Both the position numbers and the translations under genes were made by a program. The notes below the pieces were generated by a model. It saw nothing but the letters and a program-made list of their open reading frames with translations. It did no database searches and was not told the DNA's origin. Below are positions 8,891 through 18,496 of a stretch of DNA of 37,122 nucleotides, piece by piece. Within the stretch, counting starts at the first letter, position 1; each line of letters starts with the position of its first letter. Source of the DNA: an uncultured delta proteobacterium. Its GTDB lineage: Bacteria; Desulfobacterota; Binatia; JACPRU01. The stretch lies in the NCBI GenBank assembly GCA_963745025.1, contig CAVUWD010000004.1, positions 1 to 37,122 of the forward strand, in the 5' to 3' direction.

Positions 8891-9125
8891 GTGGCGCCGC
8901 GCGGTGGCGAGCCCGCCTGATTGAAAGCCGTCGAACGAGGTCATGATCGAGAACGGTTCCGATCTTCGTCTTCACGACGTCATCATTGGCTAGAAATCCA
9001 CTTTGCCCTCAAGAAATCGAGAAATCGTCCGGATGGCCGCGGAGTCAACGAGTCAACCCTCTGCGCAGTCTCGATCGATTTCGTCAAGGTCACGTTCCGC
9101 TATTGACCGGGAGAATCGAACAACA

Positions 9126-9884
9126 ATGAGTAACGGAAACAAAGTCGCCCTCATCACCGGCGCAGGCACGGGCATCGGCAAGGCCTCGGCCAAGGCGTTG
9201 GCGAAAGCCCGCTACACGCTCGTGCTCGCCGGCCGGCGCAAGGAGCCGCTGGAAGCCGTGAAGAAGGAGATCGAGGGGACCGGCGGCGAGGCCATCGCCT
9301 TTGCCTGCGACGTCGGCAAGCCGGACCAGGTCAAGACGCTGTTCGCCGAGACCAAGAACGCCTTCGGCCGCCTTGACGTGCTGTTCAACAACGCCGGCAT
9401 GGGCGCGCCGCCGGTGCCGCTCGAGGACGTTCCTTACGAGAAGTGGATGGAGGTTGTGGCGGTGAACCTCACCGGCGTGTTCCTTTGCACCCAGGAGGCC
9501 TTCAAGATCATGAAAGACCAGACGCCGCGCGGCGGGCGCATCATCAACAACGGTTCGATCTCGGCGCACACGCCGCGGCCGCACTCGGCCCCCTACACCT
9601 CCACCAAGCACGCGATCACCGGCCTCACCAAGTCGACCGCGCTCGACGGCCGCCCCTACGACATCGCGTGCGGCCAGATCGACATCGGCAACGCGCTCAC
9701 CGAGCTCGCCGCGCGTATGGCCCAGGGCGTGCGGCAGGCCGACGGCTCGATCAAGTCCGAGCCCCTGATGGACGTGGAGCACGTGGGCGCCGCGGTGGCG
9801 CAGATGGCGAGCCTCCCGCTCGACACCAACGTGCTGTTCATGACCATCATGGCGACCAAGATGCCTTTCGTAGGCAGGGGCTGA
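9126..9884 (+). CDS. SDR family oxidoreductase
   Basis: [18 protein letters not shown] catalytic motif; intact. Confidence 0.93.
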   Translation: MSNGNKVALITGAGTGIGKASAKALAKARYTLVLAGRRKEPLEAVKKEIEGTGGEAIAFACDVGKPDQVKTLFAETKNAFGRLDVLFNNAGMGAPPVPLEDVPYEKWMEVVAVNLTGVFLCTQEAFKIMKDQTPRGGRIINNGSISAHTPRPHSAPYTSTKHAITGLTKSTALDGRPYDIACGQIDIGNALTELAARMAQGVRQADGSIKSEPLMDVEHVGAAVAQMASLPLDTNVLFMTIMATKMPFVGRG

Positions 9885-9972
9885 TCGCTGTCCAGGCCAT
9901 GAGGTCTGTAGCTGGTCGAGCAGAAGGGTCCGGCGGCCGACGATCGCGACGTGCCCTCGGATATCTATTGAC

Positions 9973-12909
9973 GTGAGCGATTTTTTCCGCCTCGAGGCTC
10001 GCGTGCGCGAGATCGCGCACGATCTGCAGCGTCGAGCGGCCGGGCGGAGGCCGGCGATCTTCGAGCCACGCGACTGGCTCCGGCGGATGATCGAACAGTC
10101 GCTCGAAGACGAGCAGGTGCGAACGGCTCTGTTCCGCTTCGTCGACGTCTTACCGAGCCTCCGCGGGGCGCGCGACGTCGGCGCACACCTCGAGCAGTAC
10201 TTCGCAACCGTCGATCACGCGCTCGCAGGGCTGACGCTGCTCGCGCATACGCTGCATGCAGGCTGGTTGGTGGCGCCGATCGTTCGCAAGAACGTCAGGT
10301 CGCTCGCGCGGCGGTTCATCGCCGAGGAAGATCCCGAGACGTTGCAGCACGTGCTCGCGCACCTCCGTGAGGAGCCGGCGGCCTTCACGCTCGACGTCGT
10401 CGGAGAGGCGACGCTCAGCCAGGCCGAAGCGCTGCGCATGCTCGGACGCTACGAGGCGCTGCTCGCCGAGCTCTCCGCGGTGGCGGCGCGCTGGCCCGCG
10501 GATCCGCGTGTCGACCACGACGATCGCGGCCCGATTCCGCGTGTGAACGTGTCGGTGAAACTGTCGTCGCTCTACGCGCGGTTCGACCCGCTCGACGCGG
10601 AGACCGAGCGCGTCGCCGGCAAGCGCTTACGCCGATTGCTTCGTCAGGCGGCGCACGTCGGGGCCGCGATCACCGTCGACATGGAGCAGCACGCGTTCAA
10701 GGAGACCACGCTCGCGATCTTTCGCGCCGTGCTCGAAGAAGACGAGTTCCGCGCCGCGCCGGTGGTCGCCATCGCCCTGCAGGCATATCTGCGCGAGACC
10801 GCAACCGATCTCGACGCGCTTCTCGATTGGGCGCGGTCGCGAGGGCGGCGGATCGGCGTCCGGCTCGTCAAGGGCGCGTACTGGGACAGCGAGGTCGTCT
10901 GGGCGAGGCAGCGAGAATGGCCCGCGCCGGTCTATACCGACAAGGGCGAAACGGACCTGGCCTACGAGCGCCTGTCCCGCCGGCTGCTCGAGAGCCACGA
11001 CGCCGTCGACGCGGCGTTCGGCAGCCACAACCTGCGAAGCCTCGCACACGCGATTGCCTGTGCGCGTGCGCTCGGTCTCGCTTCCGGCGCGTACGAGATC
11101 CAGATGCTCCACGGAATGGCCGAGCCGCTGCGGCAGGCCCTCGTCGAGAGCGGCGAGCGCGTGCGCGTCTACCTGCCGGTCGGCGAGCTGATTCCGGGAA
11201 TCGCTTATCTGATCCGCCGCTTGCTCGAGAACACCTCGAACGTCTCCTTTCTCCGCGAGAGCTATGCCGAGGAGAAGGATCTCGAGCGGCTGATCGCGCC
11301 GCCGGCGCCGGCGCGCGATGCGGGCCCGGCGGCGACGACCGCTGGCTTCCGCAACGAGCCGCCGCGCGACTTCTGCCGCGAAACGGTCCGCGAGCGGTTC
11401 GGCGCCGCGCTCGACGCGGCTCACGCATCGGCCCGAGATCTGCGCCCGCTACACATCGGCACGGAAGAGGTTTTCGCGGAAGGGATTCTCGAATCGCGGA
11501 ATCCAGCCGACCTACGAGAAGTTGTCGGCCGCGTGCCGATCGCCGACAGAGCCATCGTGAATCAGGCGGCCGCCGCGGCACGAGAGACGCTCGCGGGGTG
11601 GAGCCGCGCGCCGATCGCGGATCGCGTCGCGGTGCTCTTGGCAGCCGCCGACGAGATGCGACGCCGTCGTGACGAGCTCGCGGCACGCATCGTTCTCGAA
11701 GTGGGCAAGGGATGGCGCGACGCCGATCACGAAGTCTGCGAGGCAATCGACTACCTCGAGTACTACGGCTCGCAGATGCGCGAGATCGGGGCGCGGCGAG
11801 CCACCCAGTCCTTACCCGGCGAGACGAACGAGGTTTGCTACGAGCCGCTCGGCGTCGTCGCCGTGATCTCACCGTGGAACTTCCCGCTGGCGATCACGAC
11901 GGGAATGGCCTCGGCGGCGCTCGTCGCGGGAAACACGGTGGTAGTCAAGCCTGCGGAGCAGTCACCGATCATCGGCGGGGAGTTGCACGCGATCCTGGTT
12001 CGCGCCGGCCTTCCGGCGGGAGCGATGAACCTCGTGCAGGGCGGCGGCGATGTCGGCGCTGCGCTCGTTCATCACGACGACGTCCGTGCGGTCGCGTTCA
12101 CCGGGTCGCGCGCCGTCGGGCTCGAGATCCTCCGTTTCGTCGCCGCCGTGTCGACGCGCGACGGATCTCTGAAGCGGGCCGTCTGCGAAATGGGGGGGAA
12201 GAACGCGATCGTCGTCGACGACGACGCCGATCAGGATGAAGCGCTGGCGGCCATCCTCGAATCGGCGTTCGGCTATCAGGGCCAGAAGTGCTCGGCGGCG
12301 TCTCGGCTGATCGTGGTAGGCGAAGACCCCCCGCTCGCGCGGCGGCTGGTCGAGGCGACGCGTACATTGCGGATCGGTCCCCCGGAAGACCCGCGAAACG
12401 CCGTCGGGCCCCTCATCGATGCCGAAGCCCGCGACCGCGTGCTCGCCGCGGTCGCACGCGCCGAGCGCGACGGCACGCTGCTGCTTGGCTCGGAGGGCCG
12501 CCCGACCAGCGAAGACGGCTACTTCGTGCCGCCGGCGATCGTCGCCGATCTCGACCGTCTCCACCCACTCGCGCAGGAGGAGATCTTCGGTCCGCTTCTC
12601 TGCGTGTTCACGGTGCCCGGCTTCGAAGAAGCGATCGCGCTCGCCAACGACACGCCCTACGGCTTGACGGGCGGCGTATTCTCGCGCTCGCCCGCTCATC
12701 TCGAGTATGCCCGGCGCGAATTTCGGGTCGGCAATCTCTATCTCAATCGAGGCGTTACCGGTGCCGTCGTCGGACGCCAGCCGTTCGGTGGTCTCAAGCT
12801 CTCAGGGGTGGGCTGGAAGGCAGGGGGGCAGGATTACCTGAAACAGTTCCTCGAATCGAGAACGGTGGCCGAAAACACGCTACGGCACGGATTTGCGCCG
12901 GAGACATGA
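9973..12909 (+). CDS. putA: Bifunctional proline dehydrogenase / L-glutamate-gamma-semialdehyde (P5C) dehydrogenase
   Basis: PRODH motifs VRLVKGAYWD, SHNLRS, YLIRRLLEN; ALDH motifs ISPWNFP, FTGS, EMGGKN, GQKCSA, EEIFGP; 978 aa. Confidence 0.96.
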   Translation: MSDFFRLEARVREIAHDLQRRAAGRRPAIFEPRDWLRRMIEQSLEDEQVRTALFRFVDVLPSLRGARDVGAHLEQYFATVDHALAGLTLLAHTLHAGWLVAPIVRKNVRSLARRFIAEEDPETLQHVLAHLREEPAAFTLDVVGEATLSQAEALRMLGRYEALLAELSAVAARWPADPRVDHDDRGPIPRVNVSVKLSSLYARFDPLDAETERVAGKRLRRLLRQAAHVGAAITVDMEQHAFKETTLAIFRAVLEEDEFRAAPVVAIALQAYLRETATDLDALLDWARSRGRRIGVRLVKGAYWDSEVVWARQREWPAPVYTDKGETDLAYERLSRRLLESHDAVDAAFGSHNLRSLAHAIACARALGLASGAYEIQMLHGMAEPLRQALVESGERVRVYLPVGELIPGIAYLIRRLLENTSNVSFLRESYAEEKDLERLIAPPAPARDAGPAATTAGFRNEPPRDFCRETVRERFGAALDAAHASARDLRPLHIGTEEVFAEGILESRNPADLREVVGRVPIADRAIVNQAAAAARETLAGWSRAPIADRVAVLLAAADEMRRRRDELAARIVLEVGKGWRDADHEVCEAIDYLEYYGSQMREIGARRATQSLPGETNEVCYEPLGVVAVISPWNFPLAITTGMASAALVAGNTVVVKPAEQSPIIGGELHAILVRAGLPAGAMNLVQGGGDVGAALVHHDDVRAVAFTGSRAVGLEILRFVAAVSTRDGSLKRAVCEMGGKNAIVVDDDADQDEALAAILESAFGYQGQKCSAASRLIVVGEDPPLARRLVEATRTLRIGPPEDPRNAVGPLIDAEARDRVLAAVARAERDGTLLLGSEGRPTSEDGYFVPPAIVADLDRLHPLAQEEIFGPLLCVFTVPGFEEAIALANDTPYGLTGGVFSRSPAHLEYARREFRVGNLYLNRGVTGAVVGRQPFGGLKLSGVGWKAGGQDYLKQFLESRTVAENTLRHGFAPET

Positions 12910-12974
12910 CCTCGGCTTTGGTTCTCACACCTGGAGCTGGAACGTGAGGTTCGTCTTAGCGATAATTGTGAAGC

Positions 12975-13231
12975 TTACGCGCGGCGTGCAGCGTGACGGA
13001 TGTGGCGCCCGTCGTGGATTCGTAGAGCAGCGGTCAGAGTCTGGAAGAGCGCTGGATCGTATTGCTCCCACGCTCTGGGTCCGATAGGTAAGCGGTCTTT
13101 CCTCCATCGGATCGCCCGTCGTCCGGTGTGAGCATCCAGCACACGCCGAGCCGAAAACCGGCGGCGGAGAAGCAGCGAAGCAACCCGTACCTCAAGTAAT
13201 CGTTGATGTCGCCGAAGTACTGGTTCTTCAC
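12975..13231 (-). pseudogene. N-terminal fragment of a conserved hypothetical protein (MKNQYFGDINDY...), frameshifted
   Basis: MKNQYFGDINDY...GVCWMLTPDDG continues in another frame (WEQYDPALF), then ends. Confidence 0.5.
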
Positions 13232-13317
13232 TTCGCGCTCGATTTCGGCGATCGCCCGGAACCCGGCGGCGGTGACTAACGGGCTCTCGTCGCTGTAGCC
13301 GCCCCCTGGGAGGGCGA

Positions 13318-13401
13318 CCGTAAAAACGGGGGGTCTCGTGTTTGGGCAGCGTCGGATATTGAGGCTTTACTTCAACTCCGCCGCTTATCCCAGCTATCCT
13401 C
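13318..13401 (+). repeat. 84-bp junction element, copy 4
   Basis: Aligns end to end; variants CCGTAAAAAC, GGGGGGTC and CTTTACTTC. Confidence 0.96.
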
Positions 13402-13497
13402 CGAAGAAAATTCTCGCTGTGGCGCCAACTGGACGTTGATGCTCTTGTTCGCCTCGGATGAGGAGAGGAAGTACTAGCGGCGACATAAGGCCCATCC

Positions 13498-13679
13498 CTA
13501 CGTCCCCAGCTTCGAGATGATACGGCCGATCGCGTAGCCTGCGGCCACGACGAAGGCCAGAGAGAGTAGAGGGTGCTCGTCGACGAAGGTCTGAATCCGC
13601 CGCTCCACAGCGGTCGGCTCGTTCGATCCCGCGTGGGGCTGCGCCGCGACCTTGCGCCGATCCTCGTTTCTTCACTCAT
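13498..13679 (-). CDS. ElaB/YqjD (DUF883)-like small membrane-anchored protein, one apparent indel
   Basis: IQTFVDEHPLLSLAFVVAAGYAIGRIISK* tail; ATG at 13679 is one base out of frame at an A-run. Confidence 0.5.
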
Positions 13680-13902
13680 CGCGATGCTTTTCTGCGAGCC
13701 GAGCGCTCGCTCCGCGGCGAAGAGCGAGGAACAGTCCGACCGTGAAGCCGCCGTAGAGGTATATCCAGCGCCCGGTCTCGAGCACACAGTTCGCCTGACT
13801 CTGAGCGGCTGCCGCGAGCTCCCCGACAGCATCCTTGAGCTCCTCGGCGCTGCTTGCGGCAGCCTCGCGAAGCCGCTCCTTCTCTTCCTCGACCACGCTC
13901 AC
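13672..13902 (-). CDS. Small hypothetical protein (helical N-terminus, C-terminal TM segment)
   Basis: EEEKERLREAAASSAEELKDAVGEL...LYGGFTVGLFLAL; overlaps the start of the next gene. Confidence 0.45.
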   Translation of the reverse strand: MSVVEEEKERLREAAASSAEELKDAVGELAAAAQSQANCVLETGRWIYLYGGFTVGLFLALRRGASARLAEKHRDE

Positions 13903-14018
13903 CGTTCGCCCTTTTCCGGTTGCGCTCGGCCCGGTTCCTTGCGTTTCGGCGACTGGTCTTCGCACCAATCCTTCGCGGCCTGGACACCGGTTGCGTGTGG
14001 GGAGGCTCGCCCCACCGC

Positions 14019-14047
14019 CCTTTAGTGGATAACACGTGTGTTGTCAA
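14019..14047 (-). promoter_or_regulatory. Candidate sigma70 promoter
   Basis: TTGACA-17 nt-TAAAGG on the minus strand in an AT-richer intergenic gap. Confidence 0.45.
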
Positions 14048-14172
14048 GCCAGCCCAGCATGATTTAGTGACTACAGCAAGGACCCAAATATCTCACTCCC
14101 ACAGGCACAAACACCAATAACCACCGCGACTTTCAGACCACCTTCACACTGGCAGAGCGCGGGAACTTCCGG

Positions 14173-15252
14173 CTAGAAGACGATCTTCGCTTCGAGGCCG
14201 AGGAACGCGGCGTACCGCTCGGCGGCCGAGGTGATCCGGTCTCGATCGGCGGGCGCCGGCTTGGCGAACAGCGCGAGCTCGATCGTCACGCCGGCCCGCC
14301 CGAGGGTGCGGCGCCAGGTTCCGACGACCCGACCGTCGACGACGACGCAGGGGGCGAGCATTCCGCCGCCGGCGTTGAGCCGATGGGCGTCTCGCGCGGC
14401 CAGCATGGCGGTGCGGTCCTTGTAAGCGACCAGATACTCGTCGAACGCCGGCAACAGGAACGCGCCGGCCGGCGCCGGGCCGCGTGTGCGCCCAGTCTCG
14501 CGGGCGCGCCAGTAGACCGCTCCGTCGAACTCGTCGGAAGCGAGCTCCGCTTCGACGGCCGCGAGGCCGGCCCGCGCGTCGGCCGGCCTCAACCCGGACC
14601 ACCAGGCGAAGTCGGCGGCGGTGGCGGGGCCCCGGCTGCGGAAGTACCGGCGCGCCAGCTCGGCCAGCGCCTCGTCCCGCGACAACGGCGCGCGCGTCGG
14701 CGGCGCCCGGTGGGCGAGCAGCGCCCAGGTCGCCTGCTTGCCGCGCGGCGCGCCGCTGCAGATGAGGGCGTGCAGCTCGGCGTGGCCGAGCAGGTGGGAC
14801 AGGCGCGGTCCGTCGACGGCGATGCCGGCCCCGCGAAGCGCCGCCCCGAGCTCGCCGCGCGTCAGGTGCGCGCCGCCGCGCAGGGCCCGCTCGATCGCCG
14901 TGTGGCTGCGCCGGAACGTGGCGGCGTCGAGGGCGAGCTCCCGATGACGCCTCGCCGCCCGGGTCACCAGGCGCGGCGCCACCAGCGGCAGCATCCAGTG
15001 CAGGTCGGCGGGCGTGACGAGCTGCCACGTCCACCGCATCACGTGGGTGCGAAGGATGTCCCCTTCGGCGAGGGCCCGGGTGATGGTCGCCTCGACCGCG
15101 CGCCCGCCGAGGCGAAGCCCCACCGCCCAGCGCGCGCCGGCCGCGTCCTGCGCCTGCATCGCGCCCATCCGGCTGACCAACTCGGCGGGATCGGTGAGCT
15201 CGGGCCGGGCGATCTGCTGCGCGGCCAGGCGCCTCGCGACGAGGATCGCCAA
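14173..15252 (-). CDS. Winged-helix HTH_42 (AlkZ/YcaQ-like) DNA glycosylase family protein
   Basis: MQAQD (QxQ motif), ILRTHVMRWTWQLV, GPATAADFAWWSGL, LLPAFDEYLVAY. Confidence 0.88.
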   Translation of the reverse strand: MAILVARRLAAQQIARPELTDPAELVSRMGAMQAQDAAGARWAVGLRLGGRAVEATITRALAEGDILRTHVMRWTWQLVTPADLHWMLPLVAPRLVTRAARRHRELALDAATFRRSHTAIERALRGGAHLTRGELGAALRGAGIAVDGPRLSHLLGHAELHALICSGAPRGKQATWALLAHRAPPTRAPLSRDEALAELARRYFRSRGPATAADFAWWSGLRPADARAGLAAVEAELASDEFDGAVYWRARETGRTRGPAPAGAFLLPAFDEYLVAYKDRTAMLAARDAHRLNAGGGMLAPCVVVDGRVVGTWRRTLGRAGVTIELALFAKPAPADRDRITSAAERYAAFLGLEAKIVF

Positions 15253-15256
15253 GGCC

Positions 15257-15899
15257 CTAGCTCCCGGTCGCGCCCTTCGCGATCTCCGTCGCGAACAGGC
15301 GGGCGAGGGCGTAGACGGAGATCTGGGGGTTGACGCCGAGGGCGGTCGGGAAGACCGAGCCGTCGGCGATCCAGAGGTTGTCGATGTCGTGGTGACGGCC
15401 GCGCGCGTCCACGACCGAGCGGCGCGGGTCGCTGCCCATCGGGCAGCCGCCCATCTGGTGGGCGGAGAACATCGTGTGCTGGTTGGGGCCGAAGGGGGCG
15501 TCGGCGATGTGGGCGATGTCGGCCTCGCTGCGGATGACGAGCGGCGTCTCGTGCAGGGTCATCACCTCGCGCGCGCCGGCGGCGAGCTGGAGGCGGGCCA
15601 TGTTGGCGAGGGCGTCCTTGGCCGCCTCGTGCAGGGAGGCATGGAGCGGGTAGCGGAGGCGGACGCGGCCGTCGCCGTTGACCGCCACCTCGCCCCCTTC
15701 GTCGTCGTGGTGGCCGTCGACGAGCAGGGCGATCGTGGCCTGCACGTAGGGGAGGCGCTCGGCCAGCTTGCGGTGGCTGTCGCCGAAGCCCGGGAAGGCG
15801 AGGGTGCCCAGCATCGGGTGGGTCGCGGAGGCCTCGAAGAAATAGCCGACCCGCTCGCCCCGATCCGCGAAGTGATGGACAGCCACCGACTGGGGGGCG
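15257..15899 (-). pseudogene. C-terminal third of a GMC family oxidoreductase, cut by the 84-bp element
   Basis: FSAHQMGGC, NLWIADGSVFPTALGVNPQ; the FAD-binding N-terminus is absent. Confidence 0.85.
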
Positions 15900-15983
15900 C
15901 CGTAGAAACGGGGCGTCTCGTGTTTGGGCAGCGTCGGATATTGAGCCTTTACGTCAACTCCGCCGCTTATCCCAGCTATCCTC
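15900..15983 (+). repeat. 84-bp junction element, copy 5
   Basis: Aligns end to end; variant TTGAGCC. Confidence 0.97.
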
Positions 15984-16313
15984 AGATTTACCTTCTCGTG
16001 CCACTTTCCAAGGACCGCGACAACATTTTTGGAGCCGGGGCGGAAGCGGCGTGATTCGTGGAGGCCCTCAGTTTGCCAGGAAAGGCAAAGTGTGAATTGG
16101 GCAGGCTAACTTGCCGGCGAAAACCCAGAGCAGTACCGCCCTAAATTGCTCGGCTTGCTTGCGGACGAGATCAAGAAGACGCGTGAAGCGCTAGCACCAC
16201 ATGGAAGTGTTAAGGTGGAGGGCCTTGAAGGTTCAGTCTTGGTGCGGCAAGCGGATGAACGAAACGTCGAGTTGTTCTTGCGTTACACACTCTCGATCAC
16301 GATGGAAAAATGA
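15984..16313 (+). pseudogene. 3' part of a lower-GC cassette-like hypothetical ORF
   Basis: Frame ending EQYRPKLLGLLADEIKK...LRYTLSITMEK* just before the attC site. Confidence 0.45.
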
Positions 16314-16345
16314 GCGGCTCAGGAAGCTATGCAGCGAGACATCAT

Positions 16346-16438
16346 GCTGAACAAGCCGGATGCAGCGAACCCCGCAATGGTGTCTCAGTTCCATGCCGGA
16401 CCTCCGTGGCGCGGGGCCGCTGATCCGGGACGTTCGGC
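16346..16438 (+). other. attC recombination site
   Basis: R'' GCTGAAC and R' GTTCGGC; CCGGATGCAGCG pairs with CGCTGATCCGG leaving one extrahelical G; CCCCGC/GCGGGG stem; 93 bp. Confidence 0.8.
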
Positions 16439-16447
16439 GGTGAACCC

Positions 16448-16699
16448 ATGAGACGGTGTCTGCCTGGGCCGCAGCCGGAGCATCGTGTTGGCGCCCTCCT
16501 CGCGGCCGTCTGCTTCGCTGCGACGAGCCTGTGCTCGGGTTGCAAGTTCGATTCGATCTCTACTCCTCCCGTGCCGGCGTCTTGTTCTGCGATCGGTGCG
16601 CAGTGTCAGCGGCCGGAAGGTCCGCTCGGTGTCTGCCAGGAAACGCGCTGCGCCCCTGGCTCACAGGCGCCCTGCTTCACATGCACGTCACAGCACTAG
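16448..16699 (+). CDS. Small Cys-rich putative lipoprotein
   Basis: Lipobox-like CSGC; SCSAIGAQCQRPEGPLGVCQETRC...CFTCTSQH. Confidence 0.55.
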   Translation: MRRCLPGPQPEHRVGALLAAVCFAATSLCSGCKFDSISTPPVPASCSAIGAQCQRPEGPLGVCQETRCAPGSQAPCFTCTSQH

Positions 16700-16707
16700 T
16701 GACCTCG

Positions 16708-16989
16708 ATGGCCTTGGTGGACCCGGAGACATTCGACGACAAAGACGTGGCGATCATCTATATCGCCGGTCGCCTGGCTGAGGGGAAGCGGGTCGAGCGG
16801 GTCTTTTCGGACAACGCCATCGACTATACCGTCGACATCGAACCGTTTCAGAAACACGTGCTCGGCATCCTTCCCATAGAATACGAAGGCGTCGGGTTCT
16901 ACGTCCTCGCCGGTCAGGCGGAATTCTGCCGTCGTCTGCTGCGCGACGCGGGCATAGTTCAGGGCCTGGTGGAGGAGGATGTTGTCTGA
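16708..16989 (+). CDS. Hypothetical protein (DUF2007-like size and pattern)
   Basis: Protein-like 93-aa frame MALVDPETFDDKDVAIIYIA...VGFYV. Confidence 0.55.
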   Translation: MALVDPETFDDKDVAIIYIAGRLAEGKRVERVFSDNAIDYTVDIEPFQKHVLGILPIEYEGVGFYVLAGQAEFCRRLLRDAGIVQGLVEEDVV

Positions 16990-17014
16990 GCTGGCGTTGC
17001 TTTCAATTCAGGAG

Positions 17015-17586
17015 TCAGTCCACACACAGCTCGGCGGCCGTTCCTGACTCCCCGAACGTGCAGAAGCAACCGAAGAGCGGACTTACCCGGCGCAGGTCCC
17101 TCGAACCGCCCCGCCACACTCCGCGGGTATCACTCCCTCTGCGACGCAGAAACCGCGGCAATCCTCGGGGGCGGAGCATGGACAGCCATCCTCCCGGTTG
17201 CACATGTACAGAACGGCACCGTTGAGAGTTCGCCTCTCCCCCAGCTTCCTCCTAGCCCGACGCAGGCGGCTTCGCTGCTCGCCTGCCGACACCCACTGAA
17301 ACGTTCTACAACGGCCGCGTTGCCGCACGGTTCGATGGTTTCGATGCGATAGCGCAACGCGAAGGCGCCGTCTGTGCGGGCGCAGCTCTCGCCACTTGGG
17401 CAGTCGGTATCAATCACGCACAGGCGGTCGGTGGTCACCGAGCAGTTGCCCCCGTCTCCACCAATCGCTGGCGTCTCGTACTCCATCAACCCACTCCCAG
17501 ACCCGAAGTCCGGGCTGGCGTAGGTGACGTTCACTTCGCCCGCGTTGTGGTGCGTGCCAGCGAGACAGTTCACGCCGTCGGCAAAG
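17015..17586 (-). pseudogene. C-terminal fragment of a Cys-rich secreted protein, cut by the element and frameshifted
   Basis: CSVTTDRLCVIDTDCPSGESC and further Cys clusters spread across two frames. Confidence 0.55.
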
Positions 17587-17669
17587 CCGTAGAAACGGGG
17601 CGTCTCGTGTTTGGGCAGCGTCGGATATTGAGGCTTTACGTCAGTCGGCCGCTTATCCCAGCTATCCTC
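17587..17669 (+). repeat. 84-bp junction element, copy 6 (83 bp)
   Basis: Aligns end to end; TCAGTCGG in place of TCAACTCGG. Confidence 0.96.
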
Positions 17670-17798
17670 TCCTGCCTGTTTCCTCAACTACCGCGAAGCG
17701 CGGATCTCGATTTCTCCTTCTCGATATCTCCTTCTCCTTGCGCCAAAGCACCCGAAGGGATTATCGCGTCCACTGCGGCGCAGGGCTGGAGCGTGACG

Positions 17799-18041
17799 TC
17801 AGATGGCCTTGTAGCTCACAGGGGGGCCGTCGGCGCGACCCAGCGAGAACTCCCCTTCACCTACGAGGAGAAGCTCGTCACGATGGAGGCGATGATCTCG
17901 CCCGTGACGCGGCCGAATGTAGGTTCCATTCGTGCTTCGATCCACGAGGTAATAGCCGCCGGTTCGTTGGATCACCTCGGCGTGGATGCGTGAGACGGCG
18001 CGGTCTTCGACGACGAGATCATTGTCGCGTTCACGGCCCAT
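17799..18041 (-). pseudogene. FHA domain fragment
   Basis: GR...NDLVV...VSRIHA...DRSTNGT FHA motifs. Confidence 0.75.
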
Positions 18042-18069
18042 GGACAGTCGTTCCTTTGTCTGGGATAAA

Positions 18070-18240
18070 ACGGGCGCGAAGAGCTACGAGCCCTTCCTCC
18101 ACGTCGAGCGCGCCGAGCTGGCCCGACTGAACGGTGACGACACCGCCTGTCAGCGCGAACTCCGCGAGGCGCACCGCCTGTTCACCGAGATCGGTGCCCC
18201 GATCCGCGCGGCAGAGGTGGCGAAGGAGCTCGAGGGATGA
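18070..18240 (+). pseudogene. C-terminal TPR-like tail typical of cyclase-AAA-TPR proteins
   Basis: GAKSYEPFLHVERAELARLNGD...RELREAHRLFTEIGA. Confidence 0.65.
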
Positions 18241-18496
18241 AGTGCGCACTTGCCACGCCGCGCTGCCCGAAGACGCCGTCTACTGCGGCCATTGCGGAAG
18301 CGCACTCCGATCGCAGCGGAAGTGTGCACAGCGTGGCAGGTCCAACTCCCCCGAGATGCGCTTCTGCCTCGGCTGCGGGGCCGCGCTGTCGCCGGCCGCG
18401 CCCGCGCGAGCGTCCCGAATTTACATAGCGAAGCACCTTGCCGAGAAGATCCTGACCTCCCGGAGTGCGCTGGAGGGCGAGCGCAAGCAGGTCACA
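18237..18496 (+). pseudogene. N-terminal fragment of a double-zinc-ribbon cyclase (frameshifted)
   Basis: YCGHCG...FCLGCG...KHLAEKILTSRSALEGERKQVT, then a break. Confidence 0.78.

Noticed and set aside
5456-12699. Long antisense/alternate-frame ORFs over the acyl-CoA dehydrogenase and putA
   Set aside because: Typical shadow ORFs of high-GC coding DNA: Arg/Ala-rich with no motifs.
14025-14033. DnaA-box-like TTATCCACT on the minus strand
   Set aside because: A single mismatched box inside a promoter spacer, with no cluster or oriC context.
14-17669. 84-bp repeats as a CRISPR array
   Set aside because: The repeat is too long, the spacing is kilobases and irregular, and no cas genes are present.
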